Source of the DNA: Dickeya solani IPO 2222
GTDB lineage: Bacteria > Pseudomonadota > Gammaproteobacteria > Enterobacterales > Enterobacteriaceae
Reading direction: 5' to 3'
Length of the DNA stretch: 32,000 nucleotides
Assembly: GCF_001644705.1 (NCBI RefSeq)
Contig: NZ_CP015137.1
Coordinates: 2,340,001 to 2,372,000, forward strand
The notes under the pieces were generated by a model. The model was not told the origin of the DNA and searched no databases. It was given only the letters and a program-made list of their open reading frames with translations. This document shows positions 1 through 10,127 of the stretch, piece by piece; the first letter of the stretch is position 1, and the number at the start of each line of letters is the position of its first letter. Both the position numbers and the translations under genes were made by a program.

Positions 1-243
1 TTGTCTGAGGTTGAAGCGGACCAACTGGTACGTTCCATCAAACAGGTATTGCAACGCTCGATTGAGCAAGGCGGCACCACGCTGCGGGATTTCCTGCAGT
101 CCGATGGCAAACCGGGTTATTTTGCGCAGGAGTTACAGGTCTATGGCCGCAGCGGCGAGCCCTGTCACCATTGCGGCACGCCGATTGAGAGCATCAAGCA
201 GGGCCAGCGCAGCACTTTTTTCTGTAAATGTTGTCAGCATTAA
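1..243 (+). CDS. mutM: Formamidopyrimidine-DNA glycosylase (Fpg/MutM), C-terminal fragment; the gene starts upstream of the window
   Basis: The frame reads ...[61 protein letters not shown]-stop. This is near-colinear with the E. coli Fpg C-terminus, including the CxxC...CxxC zinc finger (recalled from memory). Confidence 0.95.
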   Translation: MSEVEADQLVRSIKQVLQRSIEQGGTTLRDFLQSDGKPGYFAQELQVYGRSGEPCHHCGTPIESIKQGQRSTFFCKCCQH

Positions 244-294
244 ATCTGTATGTCGCAGCCAATCGCTTCTCCAACCGTTATTAAGGAACATCCC

Positions 295-1275
295 ATGGGT
301 CAGGTGGACCTGAGTATCATTATTCCTGTTTATAACTGTGAAGACTATATTCCGGGATTGTTTGCATCGCTGTTGAGTCAGAATACGCTGGCGATAGAAG
401 TGATTGTGGTGAATGACGGCTCGACGGACAACAGCCTGGCGCTATTGCAGACGATCGCCAGCGCCGATCCGCGGGTGATTCTGCTCGACCAACCTAATCA
501 GGGATCCTCTGCCGCGCGCAATGCCGGTATGGATCGCGCCCGCGGCGAGTGGATCGGATTTGTGGATGCGGATGACTGGATCCCTGACGATCTGCTGTCA
601 GTCTGGCTGGCGCAGGCCCGAGAGCAACAGGTTGATGTACTGATCGGTAATGCCTTCGGTTTCAAACAGGAACCACACCAAGAGGCTGACAACCGGTTAC
701 TGCGTAAGCAACCTTGGGGGCAGGTTATTAGCGGTGAGCAGTGGATTATTCATTGTGTGAATAATCATGAATGGCCGCATTTTTCCTGGCTGCAGCTGAT
801 TAGGAAATCGATGATTGATGCCAACAGGCTGCGTTTTGTACAAGGTATAACCCATGAAGACATTGTGTGGACAACTGAGGTTGCTCTGTCTGCGAAACGG
901 ATGGGTTTTTGCGACTTCCCCTGCTATGGCTATCGCCGGAATTTGAACTCTGTCACTCAGTCCCAGTCAATGGACAAACTGGTGTTCAGGGCACACAGCT
1001 ACGTCTATGTGGTTAACTGGCTTGTGAGTATGGCTGGCAGGCAAAGTGTGAATCCCTTGCTGAGTGAAGCGTTGCTGCGGCACGCGAAATCCGAGAGTCG
1101 CAATCTGTTCGGATTACTCAGAAAGAAGATTTCCCATTCCACGGTCCGGCGTGAATTGGCGCGTCGTGTGTTCGATAACCGCCTTCATCGGGCGCTGTTT
1201 CGACGCAATGGCAATTTTAGGTCATGGTGGTACGCAATGCGTTTCACCACCTTGATGTTCCTGTATGCCAGATGA
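295..1275 (+). CDS. Family-2 glycosyltransferase (GT-A fold), probable LPS core/outer-core transferase
   Basis: The N-terminus LSIIIPVYNCEDYI...VIVVNDGSTDNS...VDADD carries the classic GT2 nucleotide-sugar and DxD motifs. The ORF is open from 250, but AAGGA at 283-287 sits 7 nt before the ATG at 295 (MGQVDLS...), so 295 is preferred. The position next to coaD/waaA supports an LPS role. Confidence 0.85.
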   Translation: MGQVDLSIIIPVYNCEDYIPGLFASLLSQNTLAIEVIVVNDGSTDNSLALLQTIASADPRVILLDQPNQGSSAARNAGMDRARGEWIGFVDADDWIPDDLLSVWLAQAREQQVDVLIGNAFGFKQEPHQEADNRLLRKQPWGQVISGEQWIIHCVNNHEWPHFSWLQLIRKSMIDANRLRFVQGITHEDIVWTTEVALSAKRMGFCDFPCYGYRRNLNSVTQSQSMDKLVFRAHSYVYVVNWLVSMAGRQSVNPLLSEALLRHAKSESRNLFGLLRKKISHSTVRRELARRVFDNRLHRALFRRNGNFRSWWYAMRFTTLMFLYAR

Positions 1276-1318
1276 TGGTTATCGCGGGAAGATAAACACA
1301 TGGGCCCTATGGGGGCGT

Positions 1319-2578
<1,260 letters not shown>

Positions 2579-2579
<1 letters not shown>

Positions 2580-3856
2580 TACTGACTCCGTGGCGGCAGG
2601 TAGGGCTCCAGCAGAGCCAGCAGACTTTGCAGCGCGCCCTGATTTTTGTGTAGTACGTCCACGGCATGGTGGCCGTGATAACGGCGATAATCATCGTCAG
2701 ACAGCAGGGTGGTGACTTGTTCCACCAGCGACGCGGTATCCCGTACGGTGATCAGCCCATCGGATTCCTGCAAGCGGGCGCAGATATCCTTGAAGTTGAA
2801 GGTATGCGGCCCCATCAGCACCGGTATGGCGTGCGCGGCCGGTTCCAACGGATTATGTCCGCCTCGTTCAATCAGGCTGCCGCCGACAAACGCCAGGTCG
2901 GCAATGCCGTACAGCAGCATCAGTTCACCCATGCTATCGCCAATCACCACATGAGACGAGGCGGGAGGAACCGTGCCCGCGCTGCGCAGGGTATATTCCA
3001 GCCCGGCCTTGCGGACGATTGCTTTGGCGTCGTCAAAACGGTCGGGATGGCGCGGCACCAGAATCAGCAACAGAGTGGGGAAAGCTTTCAGCAATTCGGT
3101 GTGGGCGTCGACGATGATCTTTTCTTCGCCTTCATGGGTGCTGGCGGCGATCCACACCGGGCGCTGCGGCGCCCACTGACGACGCAGCGTCACGGCGCGC
3201 GCGGCCAGTTCCGGCGTGACGGAGATATCGAATTTCAGGCTGCCGGTCACGTTCAGTTGGGTGCGTTTCAGCCCCAGATTGATAAAGCGCTCGCCATCTT
3301 CCGCATTTTGCACCGCAATGAGGGTGATGCGTCGCAGCAGCGTACGCATAAAGCGGCCGAGTTTGCGGTAGCCGTTGGCGGAACGTTCGGACAGCCGGGC
3401 ATTGGCGATGATCAGCGGGATTTTGCGCTGGTGCAGCGCCGTGATCAGGTTAGGCCACAGCTCCGTTTCCATGATGATCACCAGACGCGGCTGAACATGA
3501 TCAAGAAAGCGCGCCATGGCGCCGGGCAGATCGTAGGGCAGGTAGACATGATAGACATCTTTGCCGAAGGCGGATAACGCACGCTCGGAGCCGGTCGGCG
3601 TCATGGTGGTGACGGTAATCGGCAGGGACGGATAACGGTGGCGCAAGGCGCGGACCAGCGGCACCGCGGCCAACGTCTCTCCGACGGAGACGGAATGCAG
3701 CAGTATGCCTTCGGGTTTTACCTGATTCTTGTAGAAGCCGTAGCGTTCCCCCCAGCGTTTGCGGTAAGCGGGGATTTTGCGGCCCCGGAGCCAGAGGCGC
3801 AGCCAGATAAGCGGCTGGATCATGTAAAACAGAAAGGTGTACAGCGTTTGTAACAT
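2579..3856 (-). CDS. waaA: 3-deoxy-D-manno-octulosonic acid (Kdo) transferase
   Basis: [42 protein letters not shown]... is almost identical in pattern to the E. coli WaaA N-terminus. The ORF is open to 3862 (MIM...); the start at 3856 gives 425 aa, as in E. coli. Confidence 0.95.
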
Positions 3857-4218
3857 AATCATCGGTATTATAGTCGGCGATAGCGAATTCTATATATTTA
3901 TAGCGGCTAAATCTATCATTTTAACCGGGTACGGCCGGTGTTCTCTTTTCTACCGGAGAAACAGGGAATTAGCGCTGGAAATTGCGCCGTTACACGTTGG
4001 ATTAATGACTGATGGCAAACAGGATTATTCGTCGCAGGAAACACCGTTCAGATAAAAAAGAGGCGTAATAATTAAAATAAAAGGACAAGATAAATAAATA
4101 TTTACCCTGTTTTTAACCCGTGCGGGAAATATATTTATCAGTTCATGAAGTGAATTATCAAATAGTATTTAACGATGTGGTGGTTTATTTCAAAATGTGT
4201 TTTATGCCATGAAGATAA

Positions 4219-4230
4219 GGCGGTAGTGCT
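4219..4230 (+). promoter_or_regulatory. Candidate ops / JUMPstart core (RfaH recruitment site) in the leader of the GT4-GT9-waaL operon
   Basis: The + strand reads GGCGGTAGTGCT against the ops consensus GGCGGTAGnnTG: the 8-nt core is exact and the 3' part deviates. It is in sense orientation about 176 nt upstream of the first ATG of an LPS operon, inside a long AT-rich leader. A CTGCC-N7-GGCAG hairpin follows immediately. Caveat: the 8-mer occurs at least 5 times in this window. Confidence 0.45.
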
Positions 4231-4405
4231 GCCGGAAAATGGCAGAAAGTTGAACAGCCTGGCGACATTCCGTTTTACGATACCGAATGTAAATCAATCC
4301 TCTCTTGAACGTATGGCGAACGCATTTTAGACAGGATTCTTCGCCAGCCTTCATGTATTATAGGCGGTTTATGATTTAAGGCTTATCTGATATAGGTATA
4401 AAAAG

Positions 4406-5530
4406 ATGTTAGACACATCTTTAAATATATTACATACCGAGTCCTCTTGTGGTTGGGGCGGGCAGGAAATTCGTATTCTTACGGAGTCTCAGGGAATGAT
4501 GAAGCGTGGCCACAAGGTCACTATTCTGTGTTGTCCTCACTCCAATATTTATCGCGAAGCGCAGGCGCGGGGCATTGCCGTGGTCGGGCTGCCGATCGAG
4601 AAAAAACGGTTGTCGTCTCTGTTGGCGCTGGTCGGTTGGCTGCGTCAGCACGGCTGTGCGTTCGATATCATCAATACGCACAGTTCCACCGATGCCTGGC
4701 TGGTCGCGGTCGCCGGGCTGATGCTGGGAAAACGGGTGCCGCCGATGGTACGTACCCGCCATGTTTCCACCGACATCAACCGCTCGCTGACCACCCGTTG
4801 GCTGTACATGAGCGCCACCCGCCACATCGCCACCACCGGCGAGCGGCTGCGTCAGCAGTTGCATCGCGACAATCGCTATCCGCTGTCGCACATGACCTCG
4901 GTGCCGACCGGCATCGACCTGAGCTTTTATCGTCAGGCTGCCCGGCAGAGCGCCCGTCAGACCATCGGTGTGTCGGACCGGCCGACGCTGGGTATTCTGG
5001 CGACCATGCGCTCCTGGAAAGGACACACCTATCTGCTGGAGGCCTGGCAGACGCTGGCGAAGGATTTTCCGGACTGGCAGTTGTTGATGGTAGGCGATGG
5101 GCCGCAGCGGCAGGCGCTGGAACAGCAGGTAGCGTCGATGGGCCTGGCCGATCGGGTTATTTTTCTGGGCAACCGCGACGATGTGCCGGACTGCCTGAAC
5201 AGCATGGATCTGTTTGTGCTGCCCTCCTACGGCAACGAAGGCGTACCGCAAAGCATTATGCAGGCGATGGCCTGTGGCTTGCCGGTGGTGTCGACCACCG
5301 TTGGCGCGATTGACGAGGCGGTGGTCAATGAACAGACCGGCTATCTGATCACGCCTAAAAACACCGCGTTGCTGGAACAGAAATTGCGTCAACTGATGGG
5401 CGACGATGCGTTGCGCGCCCAGTTTGGCGACGCGGCGCTCAAGCGCGCGTCCGAGCAGTTTGGCGCGGATATCATGCTTGACAGAATGACCACCATTTTC
5501 CGGAACAGCCTGCGGTCGACTCGTTCATGA
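4406..5530 (+). CDS. Family-4 (GT-B, Glycos_transf_1) glycosyltransferase, LPS core
   Basis: 374 aa. It has the N-terminal ILHTESSCGWGGQEIRIL motif and a C-terminal ...LPSYGNEGVPQSIMQAMACGLPVVST..GAIDE.V....G GT4 E-x7-E type region. It is the first gene of the + strand waa operon. Confidence 0.85.
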   Translation: MLDTSLNILHTESSCGWGGQEIRILTESQGMMKRGHKVTILCCPHSNIYREAQARGIAVVGLPIEKKRLSSLLALVGWLRQHGCAFDIINTHSSTDAWLVAVAGLMLGKRVPPMVRTRHVSTDINRSLTTRWLYMSATRHIATTGERLRQQLHRDNRYPLSHMTSVPTGIDLSFYRQAARQSARQTIGVSDRPTLGILATMRSWKGHTYLLEAWQTLAKDFPDWQLLMVGDGPQRQALEQQVASMGLADRVIFLGNRDDVPDCLNSMDLFVLPSYGNEGVPQSIMQAMACGLPVVSTTVGAIDEAVVNEQTGYLITPKNTALLEQKLRQLMGDDALRAQFGDAALKRASEQFGADIMLDRMTTIFRNSLRSTRS

Positions 5531-6633
5531 GTAAATTTTCCGCCCGATTGCGGATTTTTCCGCGCGGTCTGCTGCAATTGCTGAAAAAGCCCTGGCGGCG
5601 CGCGCCGACGGCGGTGAAACGCATTCTGGTCGCCCACAATCTGTTGCTGGGCGATACCGTGATGCTGACGCCATTGCTGGCCAAGCTGCGGCGTAATTAC
5701 CCGCGGGCGGAAATCGTACTGCTGTGTAAGCCGCCGTTTGTCGAGGTGTATCGCCTGAATCCCTACGGCGTCGTGCCGATGCCTTATCAGCCTGCTTCGG
5801 CGGCGTCGGTATCGGCGATTGTCAACAGCGGACCTTATGATCTGGCGTTGATTCCGGGCGACAACCGCTATAGCTGGCTGGCGCTGGCGGCGGGCAGCCG
5901 TTGGATCGTGGCGCATCGACCTGCGCTGCGCAATGCCAAGAGCTGGCCGGTTAATGAATACCGTGACTATCCGGTCGACGCGATGGCGTGGGGCGACGCG
6001 ATAGCCGCCCTGACGGACGGCGAGTTGCCCGCGCCTCAGCGCTGGTCTGCGCCAGCGTGCGATTTTTCACCGCCGCAATCGCCCTTTGTCGTACTGCATG
6101 TCGGCGCCAGCAATCCGGTGCGTTTCTGGCCGCCGGAGCGCTGGCTGGCGCTGGCGGACAGGCTGGCGACGCAAGGGTACACCCCGGTATGGAGCGGTGG
6201 CGGCAATGAACGGCATATCGTTGACGCCGTTGACCCGGAACGGCGTTATCGCAGCTTTGCCGGCGAATTGTCTTTATCGCAGTTGCTGACGCTGCTGGCG
6301 GATTCGAAAGCGCTGATCTGCGCCGATACCGGCGTGGGGCATCTGGCGAAATGGGTCAATACCCCGACCATGACGCTGTATGGCCCGGGTAATCCGGTCG
6401 CGTTTGGCCCCGGCTGCTTCTGGCAGCATAACCCGATTATCAACCTCGGTTTCCACCCGATTCCCTGTCGTGACCAACACACGTTATTCGGCCGCGAACT
6501 GTCCTGGCTTGAACGGTGCAATCGGAATGAAACGCGTTGCCTGCAGTTCTGCGATGGGCAGTCGGCGTGTATGCAACAGATTTCCCTTGCTGAGATTCAG
6601 ACGGCTTTTACCCATTTGTTGAGAAAGATTTAA
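5527..6633 (+). CDS. Family-9 glycosyltransferase (heptosyltransferase family), fourth GT9 paralogue of the locus
   Basis: 368 aa. RILVAHNLLLGDTVMLTPLLAKLRRNYPRAEI... and ...LICADTGVGHLAKWVNTPTMTLYGP are the GT9 signatures shared with WaaC/WaaF/WaaQ. An ATGA overlap with the upstream GT4 indicates translational coupling. Confidence 0.85.
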   Translation: MSKFSARLRIFPRGLLQLLKKPWRRAPTAVKRILVAHNLLLGDTVMLTPLLAKLRRNYPRAEIVLLCKPPFVEVYRLNPYGVVPMPYQPASAASVSAIVNSGPYDLALIPGDNRYSWLALAAGSRWIVAHRPALRNAKSWPVNEYRDYPVDAMAWGDAIAALTDGELPAPQRWSAPACDFSPPQSPFVVLHVGASNPVRFWPPERWLALADRLATQGYTPVWSGGGNERHIVDAVDPERRYRSFAGELSLSQLLTLLADSKALICADTGVGHLAKWVNTPTMTLYGPGNPVAFGPGCFWQHNPIINLGFHPIPCRDQHTLFGRELSWLERCNRNETRCLQFCDGQSACMQQISLAEIQTAFTHLLRKI

Positions 6634-7835
6634 TGACTACTCAGTTATCGTTTAACACCCGACGTACCGATAATCGCGGCCTGTATTTTCTCAGTGCGCT
6701 GGCTATTTTTGTTAACCCGTTGGCCGAAGCGCCCAAAAACATCGTCATGGCGCTGCTGCTGCTGTGGGTGATCGTTCAGGCGGTGATGAATAAAAAAGAG
6801 CGCCAGTGGTCAGGGTGGGATCTGTTTTTCGCCCTTTACATACTCTCGTATCTGGTGGGACTGCCGTTTTCCGCTTATCACACCGAGGTGCGTTCTCTGA
6901 CCGATGTGGCCCGCTATATGCTGTTCGGCTGGGTGATCTATCGCGCCAGTTTCAGCGAAAAGCAGAAAATCGGTCTGGTGTTCTGGGCCTCGCTGGGGAC
7001 GTTCATCGGCCTGATTTATGGCGCGTGGGAACACTTTTATCTCGGCAGCGAGGCGTACTGGACGCTTAACTCAGTCGGTCATGTGAATCACGCCGCCATC
7101 TATAACGCCATTATTTGCGGGATGGCGCTGACTATCCTGTTAAGTTATTGGTCGGCACTAAGCCTTAGCCAACGTCTGATGTGGCTCGCCATGCTGACAT
7201 TGTCTCTGGTGTATGTGGCGTTTGGTGAAAGCCGGGCGACTTTTGGGGCGATGATGGCGGTTGTGGCGATACTCTGTCTGGGGTTCTCCAGAAGAAGCAA
7301 ACGCCTTATTTACCTGCCGGTGCTGTTTGTCGTTGGTCTGATCGGTATCGCTTTGCTTAGCAATGCTCGCGTGGTGGTTAAGCAGGAGCAAAATGAGGCG
7401 GCCAATAACGTCCTGAGCTATCGCGATATCATCTGGCGCTCGGCGCTAACCGAAATCAAACAGCATCCACTGTTTGGCGTCGGCAAGGAAAATTTCCAGA
7501 AAGTGGACATTGTGAATCCGGGCGATGTGATCAGCCACATTTCTCATTCACACAATGTCTATCTCAACGTGCTGGCGGAAAACGGCATCTGGGGCGCTTT
7601 TTGGGTCTTTAGCCTGTTTGGCGCGATGGGTGTGACGCTGGTGCGTTACATACCGAAGAGAAATGCGTTGCCGGTTTCCTGGCTGTCGTGGGGAGCGGCT
7701 TGCTCGGCATTGGTGGTCACGCTGGTGGTCGGGTTGGTTAACACCACTTTCCATCATGAACATGCCAATCTGAGCATGCTCTGTTTTGCGCTGTGGCTCA
7801 GCCAGTATCGCTACGATCGCCAGCGCTTTATCTGA
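6633..7835 (+). CDS. waaL: O-antigen ligase (Wzy_C domain polytopic membrane protein)
   Basis: 400 aa with around 10 or more hydrophobic segments. It carries the ligase-type motif ...GESRATF... and HISHSHNVYLNVLAENGIWGAF. Its position inside the waa locus fits. The TAATG junction with the upstream GT9 shows coupling. Confidence 0.8.
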   Translation: MTTQLSFNTRRTDNRGLYFLSALAIFVNPLAEAPKNIVMALLLLWVIVQAVMNKKERQWSGWDLFFALYILSYLVGLPFSAYHTEVRSLTDVARYMLFGWVIYRASFSEKQKIGLVFWASLGTFIGLIYGAWEHFYLGSEAYWTLNSVGHVNHAAIYNAIICGMALTILLSYWSALSLSQRLMWLAMLTLSLVYVAFGESRATFGAMMAVVAILCLGFSRRSKRLIYLPVLFVVGLIGIALLSNARVVVKQEQNEAANNVLSYRDIIWRSALTEIKQHPLFGVGKENFQKVDIVNPGDVISHISHSHNVYLNVLAENGIWGAFWVFSLFGAMGVTLVRYIPKRNALPVSWLSWGAACSALVVTLVVGLVNTTFHHEHANLSMLCFALWLSQYRYDRQRFI

Positions 7836-7842
7836 TCTGACA

Positions 7843-7884
7843 ACCGGGTCATGGACGTAATGTCGGCCGTGACCCGGCTTCTTT
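7843..7884. terminator. Long hairpin between convergent waaL and GT4; probable (bidirectional) terminator
   Basis: CCGGGTCATGGACG-taatgt-CGGCCGTGACCCGG forms a 14-bp stem with 1 mismatch and 1 G:U. It is followed by CTTCTTT on the + strand. Confidence 0.55.
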
Positions 7885-7914
7885 ACCGAAACGCGTGGCG
7901 CCCCCGGTATTGCA

Positions 7915-9033
7915 TCAAATCAACTGTTCATAGAGTTTGAGCATGTTATCGCTCAGGAGGCGCAGATCGTAGCGTTCCACTTTGGCTCTCGCCTGCTCGC
8001 CAAACCCGTCGAACCCGGTTTCGCAAGCCTGCCGCACCGATTGGCGCAGACCGTCATAGTCCAGCGAGTCGCAGACAAAACCGTTCACACCAGGCTGGAT
8101 AAACTCTTTACCGCCGCACTGTTGTGAGGTAATTACCCCCAGTCCGCTGGCCATCGCTTCCAGCACCACATTCGGGAACGGGTCGTACAGCGTTGGCAGC
8201 AGCAGCATATCCGCCGCGCCGTAGTAAGGCCGGGTATCCGGCTGCATACCGACGAAATGTACCCGATCGGCAACGCCGAGCCGCCGGGCCAGACGCTGGT
8301 AACGGCGGCTGTGTTTATCTTTCCCCACCACCATCAGGTGCGGATGCTGAGGAACGCCGCTGATGGCGTGGATAGCGCCCGCCAGCCCTTTGCGCTCGAA
8401 GCCGGAACCGACAAACAGCATCACTGGCGCGTTGTGCGGCACACCCAGTTGCTGACGCAGCGCGTGGCGGTAGGTCGTGCGCAGGTCGGGGGTAAAGGTG
8501 TCGGTGTTCACCCCGTTGTAAATCAGATGAATTTTGTCGGCAGGCACGCCAAAGTAGTGACGAATCTCATCCGCCACCATCTGCGAGTTGCAGATCACGG
8601 CTTTCAGCGATGGATGCTGATACATCGCCTGCTCCTGCGCCATCACATAGCGGTGAAAACCGGACCACCACAGCAGACGTCGCTGCAACGGGTTGAGAAT
8701 CCGCGAGCGTTGGGTAAGCCAGGACTGATGAACGCCGTCGCCGGCGCGGTAAATATGGCAGCCCGGGATCCGTTCGTGGCTCTGCACCAGATCGAACGCG
8801 GCGAAGTGTTGCTGAGCGGCCTGTGCGAACGCGCTTTCCCGCTGGACCCGGCCGGTAATGCGCGGGTTACAGATGATAACGTTGCGGTTGGCCTGCTCCG
8901 CGCCTTCCCAACTGCGGGTGATGACGCTGACATCCAGTGAACGGTGGTTACTGAGCGCGTCGAGCGCTCTGGAAACGAAGCGTTCCGCCCCGCCGTCCGG
9001 GCGGTATTTCTGCCGCACGATCGCCAGTTTCAT
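7915..9033 (-). CDS. GT4 LPS core glycosyltransferase of the WaaG/WabG family (first outer-core hexose/hexuronic acid onto Hep II)
   Basis: 372 aa. MKLAIVRQKYRPDGGAERFVSRALDAL...VITRSWEG resembles the WaaG/WabG N-terminus, and the C-terminal LLPTLYDPFPNVVLEAMASGLGVITS is a GT4 motif. It is the last gene of the hldD-waaF-waaC-waaQ operon and overlaps waaQ by 4 nt. Confidence 0.8.
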   Translation of the reverse strand: MKLAIVRQKYRPDGGAERFVSRALDALSNHRSLDVSVITRSWEGAEQANRNVIICNPRITGRVQRESAFAQAAQQHFAAFDLVQSHERIPGCHIYRAGDGVHQSWLTQRSRILNPLQRRLLWWSGFHRYVMAQEQAMYQHPSLKAVICNSQMVADEIRHYFGVPADKIHLIYNGVNTDTFTPDLRTTYRHALRQQLGVPHNAPVMLFVGSGFERKGLAGAIHAISGVPQHPHLMVVGKDKHSRRYQRLARRLGVADRVHFVGMQPDTRPYYGAADMLLLPTLYDPFPNVVLEAMASGLGVITSQQCGGKEFIQPGVNGFVCDSLDYDGLRQSVRQACETGFDGFGEQARAKVERYDLRLLSDNMLKLYEQLI

Positions 9034-10115
9034 CCCTGCGCCTCCAGCAGTGCTGAATCAACCGCCAGCAATACCTGCTGGACGCTGATTTGTTGCAGAC
9101 AGTCGCTGACCTTGCTGCCGCCGCAGCCGTCTTTACCGCAAGGGCGGCAGGGATGGCGGTCGGAGACTATCACCCGGTTGACGGTCATCCACGGCGCCCA
9201 TTCGGTCTCTCCGCTGGGGCCGAACAGCGCCACCACCGGCGTTTGCATCGCAGACGCGATATGCATCGGCACCGAGTCCACGCCCAGCAGCAGTTGCGCG
9301 TTGCCGATCAGGCTCGCCAGCTGTTTGAGCGTCAACTGGCCGGCCAGATCCAGCACCGGATGGGTCAGGCGCGACTTGATGTCGGCAATCATCGCCATCT
9401 CGTTTTCCGCCGGCGAAGCGCTGAGCACGATGGTATGACCGCGTTCGCACAGCGTGTTGATGGCTTCCGCCACGGCGCTGCTCTTCCAACATTTGAACAG
9501 CCAGCGCGACGTCGGATGAACCACGATAAAGGGTTGCCCCTGCCATTGCTGGGCCCGCAGCTTCTGGTCTACCGCCCGGTCGGCGTCTTCGCCGGCGATC
9601 AGTCGTAACCGACGTTCTTCCGGTTCCGGCTGGATCCCCAGCACCCGCAGGGTATCGAGATGGGATTCCACCGTGTGGCGGCGCGAGACGCGCGGTACGC
9701 GATACTGAAAGGTCTTTTTCCAGAACGACAGTTTGTCGCGCGCGCTGTTGCGAAAGGTGACGCCAAGCGGGATGCCCGCCAGACGCGCGATCCATAAACC
9801 GCGCATACTCTCGGTCAGGTGAATGATGACGTCATAACGTTGTGCCCGCAGCGTTTTCAGCAGCGCCCACTCTTTCGCCAGATGACCGAACGTCCCGAGT
9901 TTTTTCCATTTCTTGTCGACGGTATAAAGCTGGTCAATCGCCGGATGCAGCGACAGCATTTCCGCCGTGTCGGCAAACACCAGCGCATCGATTTGGGCGT
10001 CCGGGTAACGCTGGCGCAGAATAGAAAACAGCGGCGATGTCAGCAGCACATCGCCATGATGGCGGAATTTGGTAATAAGGATTCGCCGGAGTTCAACCTT
10101 ACGCGGTGAGGTCAC
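9030..10115 (-). CDS. waaQ: LPS heptosyltransferase III (GT9)
   Basis: 361 aa. RILITKFRHHGDVLLTSPLFSILRQRYPDAQIDALVF resembles E. coli WaaQ. It uses a GTG start 12 nt after the waaC stop and has a Cys-rich tail PCRPCGKDGCGGSKVSDCLQQIS. Confidence 0.8.
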   Translation of the reverse strand: MTSPRKVELRRILITKFRHHGDVLLTSPLFSILRQRYPDAQIDALVFADTAEMLSLHPAIDQLYTVDKKWKKLGTFGHLAKEWALLKTLRAQRYDVIIHLTESMRGLWIARLAGIPLGVTFRNSARDKLSFWKKTFQYRVPRVSRRHTVESHLDTLRVLGIQPEPEERRLRLIAGEDADRAVDQKLRAQQWQGQPFIVVHPTSRWLFKCWKSSAVAEAINTLCERGHTIVLSASPAENEMAMIADIKSRLTHPVLDLAGQLTLKQLASLIGNAQLLLGVDSVPMHIASAMQTPVVALFGPSGETEWAPWMTVNRVIVSDRHPCRPCGKDGCGGSKVSDCLQQISVQQVLLAVDSALLEAQG

Positions 10116-10127
10116 AGTAAAACCGCC

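Noticed and set aside
2666-3577. A 303-aa ORF antisense to waaA. Similar cases are 1782-2585 opposite waaE, 8257-8940 opposite the GT4, 10152-10760 opposite waaC, 14554-15171 opposite tdh, and 16744-17373 opposite envC.
   Set aside because: All overlap genes with unambiguous homology on the other strand. They have low-complexity R/G/A/Q-rich products and no start-site signals. They are shadow ORFs of a high-GC genome.
4175-4330. A 51-codon ORF (MWWFISKCVLCHEDKAVVLPENGRK...) inside the waa leader that spans the ops-like element.
   Set aside because: It has no Shine-Dalgarno and no recognisable family, and it lies in AT-rich leader sequence where random ORFs of this size are expected. The 72-aa ORF at 3837-4055 is rejected for the same reasons.
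4430-5392. A 320-aa antisense ORF, plus a 288-aa alternative-frame ORF at 4447-5313, over the first GT4 gene.
   Set aside because: The sense frame has clear GT4 motifs and operon coupling. The others are Arg/Pro/Gly/His-rich translations typical of off-frame GC-rich DNA.
8466-8473. Additional exact GGCGGTAG (ops core) copies: 8466-8473 (+, antisense to the GT4 gene), 16440-16447 (+, antisense to yibQ) and 9569-9576 (-, sense within waaQ).
   Set aside because: All are inside coding sequence and explained by ordinary codons (for example T-Y-R-H, R-A-V-D). They show the 8-mer is frequent in this DNA. This is why only the leader copy at 4219 is called, at moderate confidence.
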